Shown piece by piece: positions 57,900 to 59,743 of a DNA stretch of 59,743 bases (position 1 is the first letter of the stretch; the number at the start of each line of letters is the position of its first letter). The notes under the pieces were generated by a model that saw only the letters and a program-made list of their open reading frames with translations, did no database searches and was not told where the DNA came from. Position numbers and translations under genes: made by a program. Source of the stretch: Candidatus Hadarchaeota archaeon (GTDB taxonomy: Archaea; CAYQAE01; CAYVLA01); NCBI GenBank assembly GCA_964452145.1, contig CAYVLA010000002.1:1-59743 (forward strand). The letters are read 5' to 3'.

Positions 57900-59675
57900 C
57901 TATGCGATGAAAGGCAGGATCTGGTGGACCGCCATGGCGAAGCCGGCGATGCCCTCTCCTCCAAGCATACTGGCAGCCACAAGGTCTCCCCTCTGGGAGG
58001 GGATGTCCTTTCGATCGGTGAATAACCTGAGGATTCCACCGATGAATATGGGAACGGACACCTGCATCGGAAGAAAGACCCCTATGCCGAACGAGAATGC
58101 CGATATCGTCATCCTCCTCCCCAGCAGGGCCAAAATACTGCCCGAGGCCTGGAGTAGAAAGCCGAATGCGAAGCCTCCCCAGAACGCGTTCGGGTTCGGG
58201 AGCGATCCAGTCACCACGATCGAATCGACGAAGAGCTTCACTATCGTCGATTGCGGCGCGGGCAAAGAGCCAGTCGGGTCGCCGATGCCTCTGGCGGTCT
58301 CAGGCCTGTCGGGGTCCCAAGCCCCATAGGCGCCGAACAATATGGACAATCCTACGCCGGCCACGATCGCAGCTGCAATCACCGATATGATCTGCATCCT
58401 GGTTATCTGAAACGGATCCGTGCCCATGATCTGGGCCGTCTTGTAGTCATGCATGATGTCACCCGACACCCCAGCGCCGATGGTGACTATGCAGATGACG
58501 TAGAAGGCCTCGACTATCGGCAAGGCGAGAAAGGCTGAAGCGAAGAGGAAGACCAGTATCCCGAATATCTCCATAGGGTCGATGTCGGTCTCACCCGTCG
58601 TCTTGGCTGCCAAGGGGGCCATGATGAACACGCCTAGCACGGCGAAGATGGCTGAGGCGATTCCCAGAACCTGCGTGGCACACATGATGACTATCGCTCC
58701 AAGAACTGCCAGCAGAGGCAATCGAAGCGACTTGCTGATGAAGACGCGGGACATGGCACGCGCCAGCTGCCTTGCCTTGGGCCCGAGGCCGATGAGCAGG
58801 AAGCAGATCCCACTGCCTATGACGATCCCTGTTCCCATCCCTATTCGGAATATGTGTGCAGCAGACACAGGATCGGTCAGGCCCCCTTCGGCGAATCCTT
58901 TTACGAGAGCCGGCATTAGGAAGATCCAAGCGAAGACCGATCCCAAGAACCACGTGGTGGAGTAGTAGGGGCCGAGAAGGTAGCCACCAGCGACGGACAT
59001 CAGGGAGAACTTGAATGAGACGTAGATATGCCTCGGCTCCAGAGACCTGAGCACCAAGGGATTCCACGATTGAGGCAGTATCTTGTCCCTGAGGATTGCG
59101 AAGATCCCCGTCAGGGTTCCAACGATCAAGACGATCCTCGCCTTGTGGCCTCCCTCATCCCCTGCCTTGAGGACATCTCCAGCAGCCTTGCCCGCTGGAA
59201 AGGGCAGGTTCTCTGCTTCGATGAACTCCTGTCGAAAGGCATTGGAGATGAGGACGCCCAGCAAGCCTCCCACGGCTGCGAGAAGACCAACCGTCCAGAT
59301 CGGCACCTGGTACGTTGCATAGTCCTTCACGTACCACAGCCCGGGGAGAACGAAGGCGACACCGGCCCCCATCAGAATGCCGACGCTCCCTGCGGCCTGC
59401 GTCACGACGATCTCGTTCATCCCGGCCCCCGAGGAACCGAAGATCCTTGATACCCCTCTGAGAAGGGCCATGACCACTATCGCGACGAGAACGGTGGACC
59501 AAGGCATCATGCCGAGGCTTATGGCGATGTATTGCCCCACCACGCAAAGCGTCATCGATACTGCGATCGCTACAACCATGCCCCTGAGGGTGAAGCCCTT
59601 CTCGCCGTCATTGCTCAACCGATCACCGTGGGATGACCGAGTTCGAATGATGGGAGGTTTTTCTATCTTTCGCAC
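57900..59675 (-). CDS. OPT-family oligopeptide transporter
   Basis: FTLRG; ENLPFPAG.A...VL; DIMHDYKT; LPAPQS; S.GIGVFLP; AASMLGGEGI. Start uncertain. Confidence 0.88.
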   Translation of the reverse strand: MRKIEKPPIIRTRSSHGDRLSNDGEKGFTLRGMVVAIAVSMTLCVVGQYIAISLGMMPWSTVLVAIVVMALLRGVSRIFGSSGAGMNEIVVTQAAGSVGILMGAGVAFVLPGLWYVKDYATYQVPIWTVGLLAAVGGLLGVLISNAFRQEFIEAENLPFPAGKAAGDVLKAGDEGGHKARIVLIVGTLTGIFAILRDKILPQSWNPLVLRSLEPRHIYVSFKFSLMSVAGGYLLGPYYSTTWFLGSVFAWIFLMPALVKGFAEGGLTDPVSAAHIFRIGMGTGIVIGSGICFLLIGLGPKARQLARAMSRVFISKSLRLPLLAVLGAIVIMCATQVLGIASAIFAVLGVFIMAPLAAKTTGETDIDPMEIFGILVFLFASAFLALPIVEAFYVICIVTIGAGVSGDIMHDYKTAQIMGTDPFQITRMQIISVIAAAIVAGVGLSILFGAYGAWDPDRPETARGIGDPTGSLPAPQSTIVKLFVDSIVVTGSLPNPNAFWGGFAFGFLLQASGSILALLGRRMTISAFSFGIGVFLPMQVSVPIFIGGILRLFTDRKDIPSQRGDLVAASMLGGEGIAGFAMAVHQILPFIA

Positions 59676-59743
59676 GAAAGATTCATATAAGTTCGAACAT
59701 ATTTGTTATCGGCGGGTCCCATGGAAACACGCTATCTTCAGAT

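Overview
GC-rich archaeal DNA. The archaeal call rests on an ATP-dependent DNA ligase, the DUF211 plus VIT1/CCC1 pair, TATA-like promoters and GGTGA/GGAGG ribosome-binding sites; finer taxonomy cannot be fixed from this window. I found no rRNA, tRNA, CRISPR array, integrase or transposase. The main signal lies in 1-25.6 kb: an expanded set of uncharacterised membrane-anchored surface proteins in repeated, tightly coupled cassettes. Family A has six paralogs, one missed by the ORF track at the left edge. Each has a signal peptide, a divergent class-I GATase-like domain and an R-x-Y-x-P-R motif, and the five complete copies share a helical stalk and a conserved EW-TM-LM-x-RRR-x-YREV tail. Family B (3 copies) is N-terminally anchored and family C (2 copies) is ThuA-like with a C-terminal TM. 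Gene orders are B-C-A, A-B-C-A and ABC ATPase-PKD permease-A-A-B. A decaying toxin-antitoxin/defence patch (about 5-12 kb) lies between the first two cassettes. The rest holds a beta-propeller-MscS fusion, a SOR-like-cytochrome b561 fusion, a 1570-aa CAP/PKD/Ig surface protein, a Thr-type sulfatase-like enzyme, an lsrF operon, a cytoplasmic glycan-degradation cluster (GH38, GH29, BNR) and housekeeping genes (lig, PfkB, type II PanK-like, OPT). Several genes carry single frameshifts or amber stops, which may be real lesions or assembly errors. All family calls come from motif recognition by eye, not from database searches.
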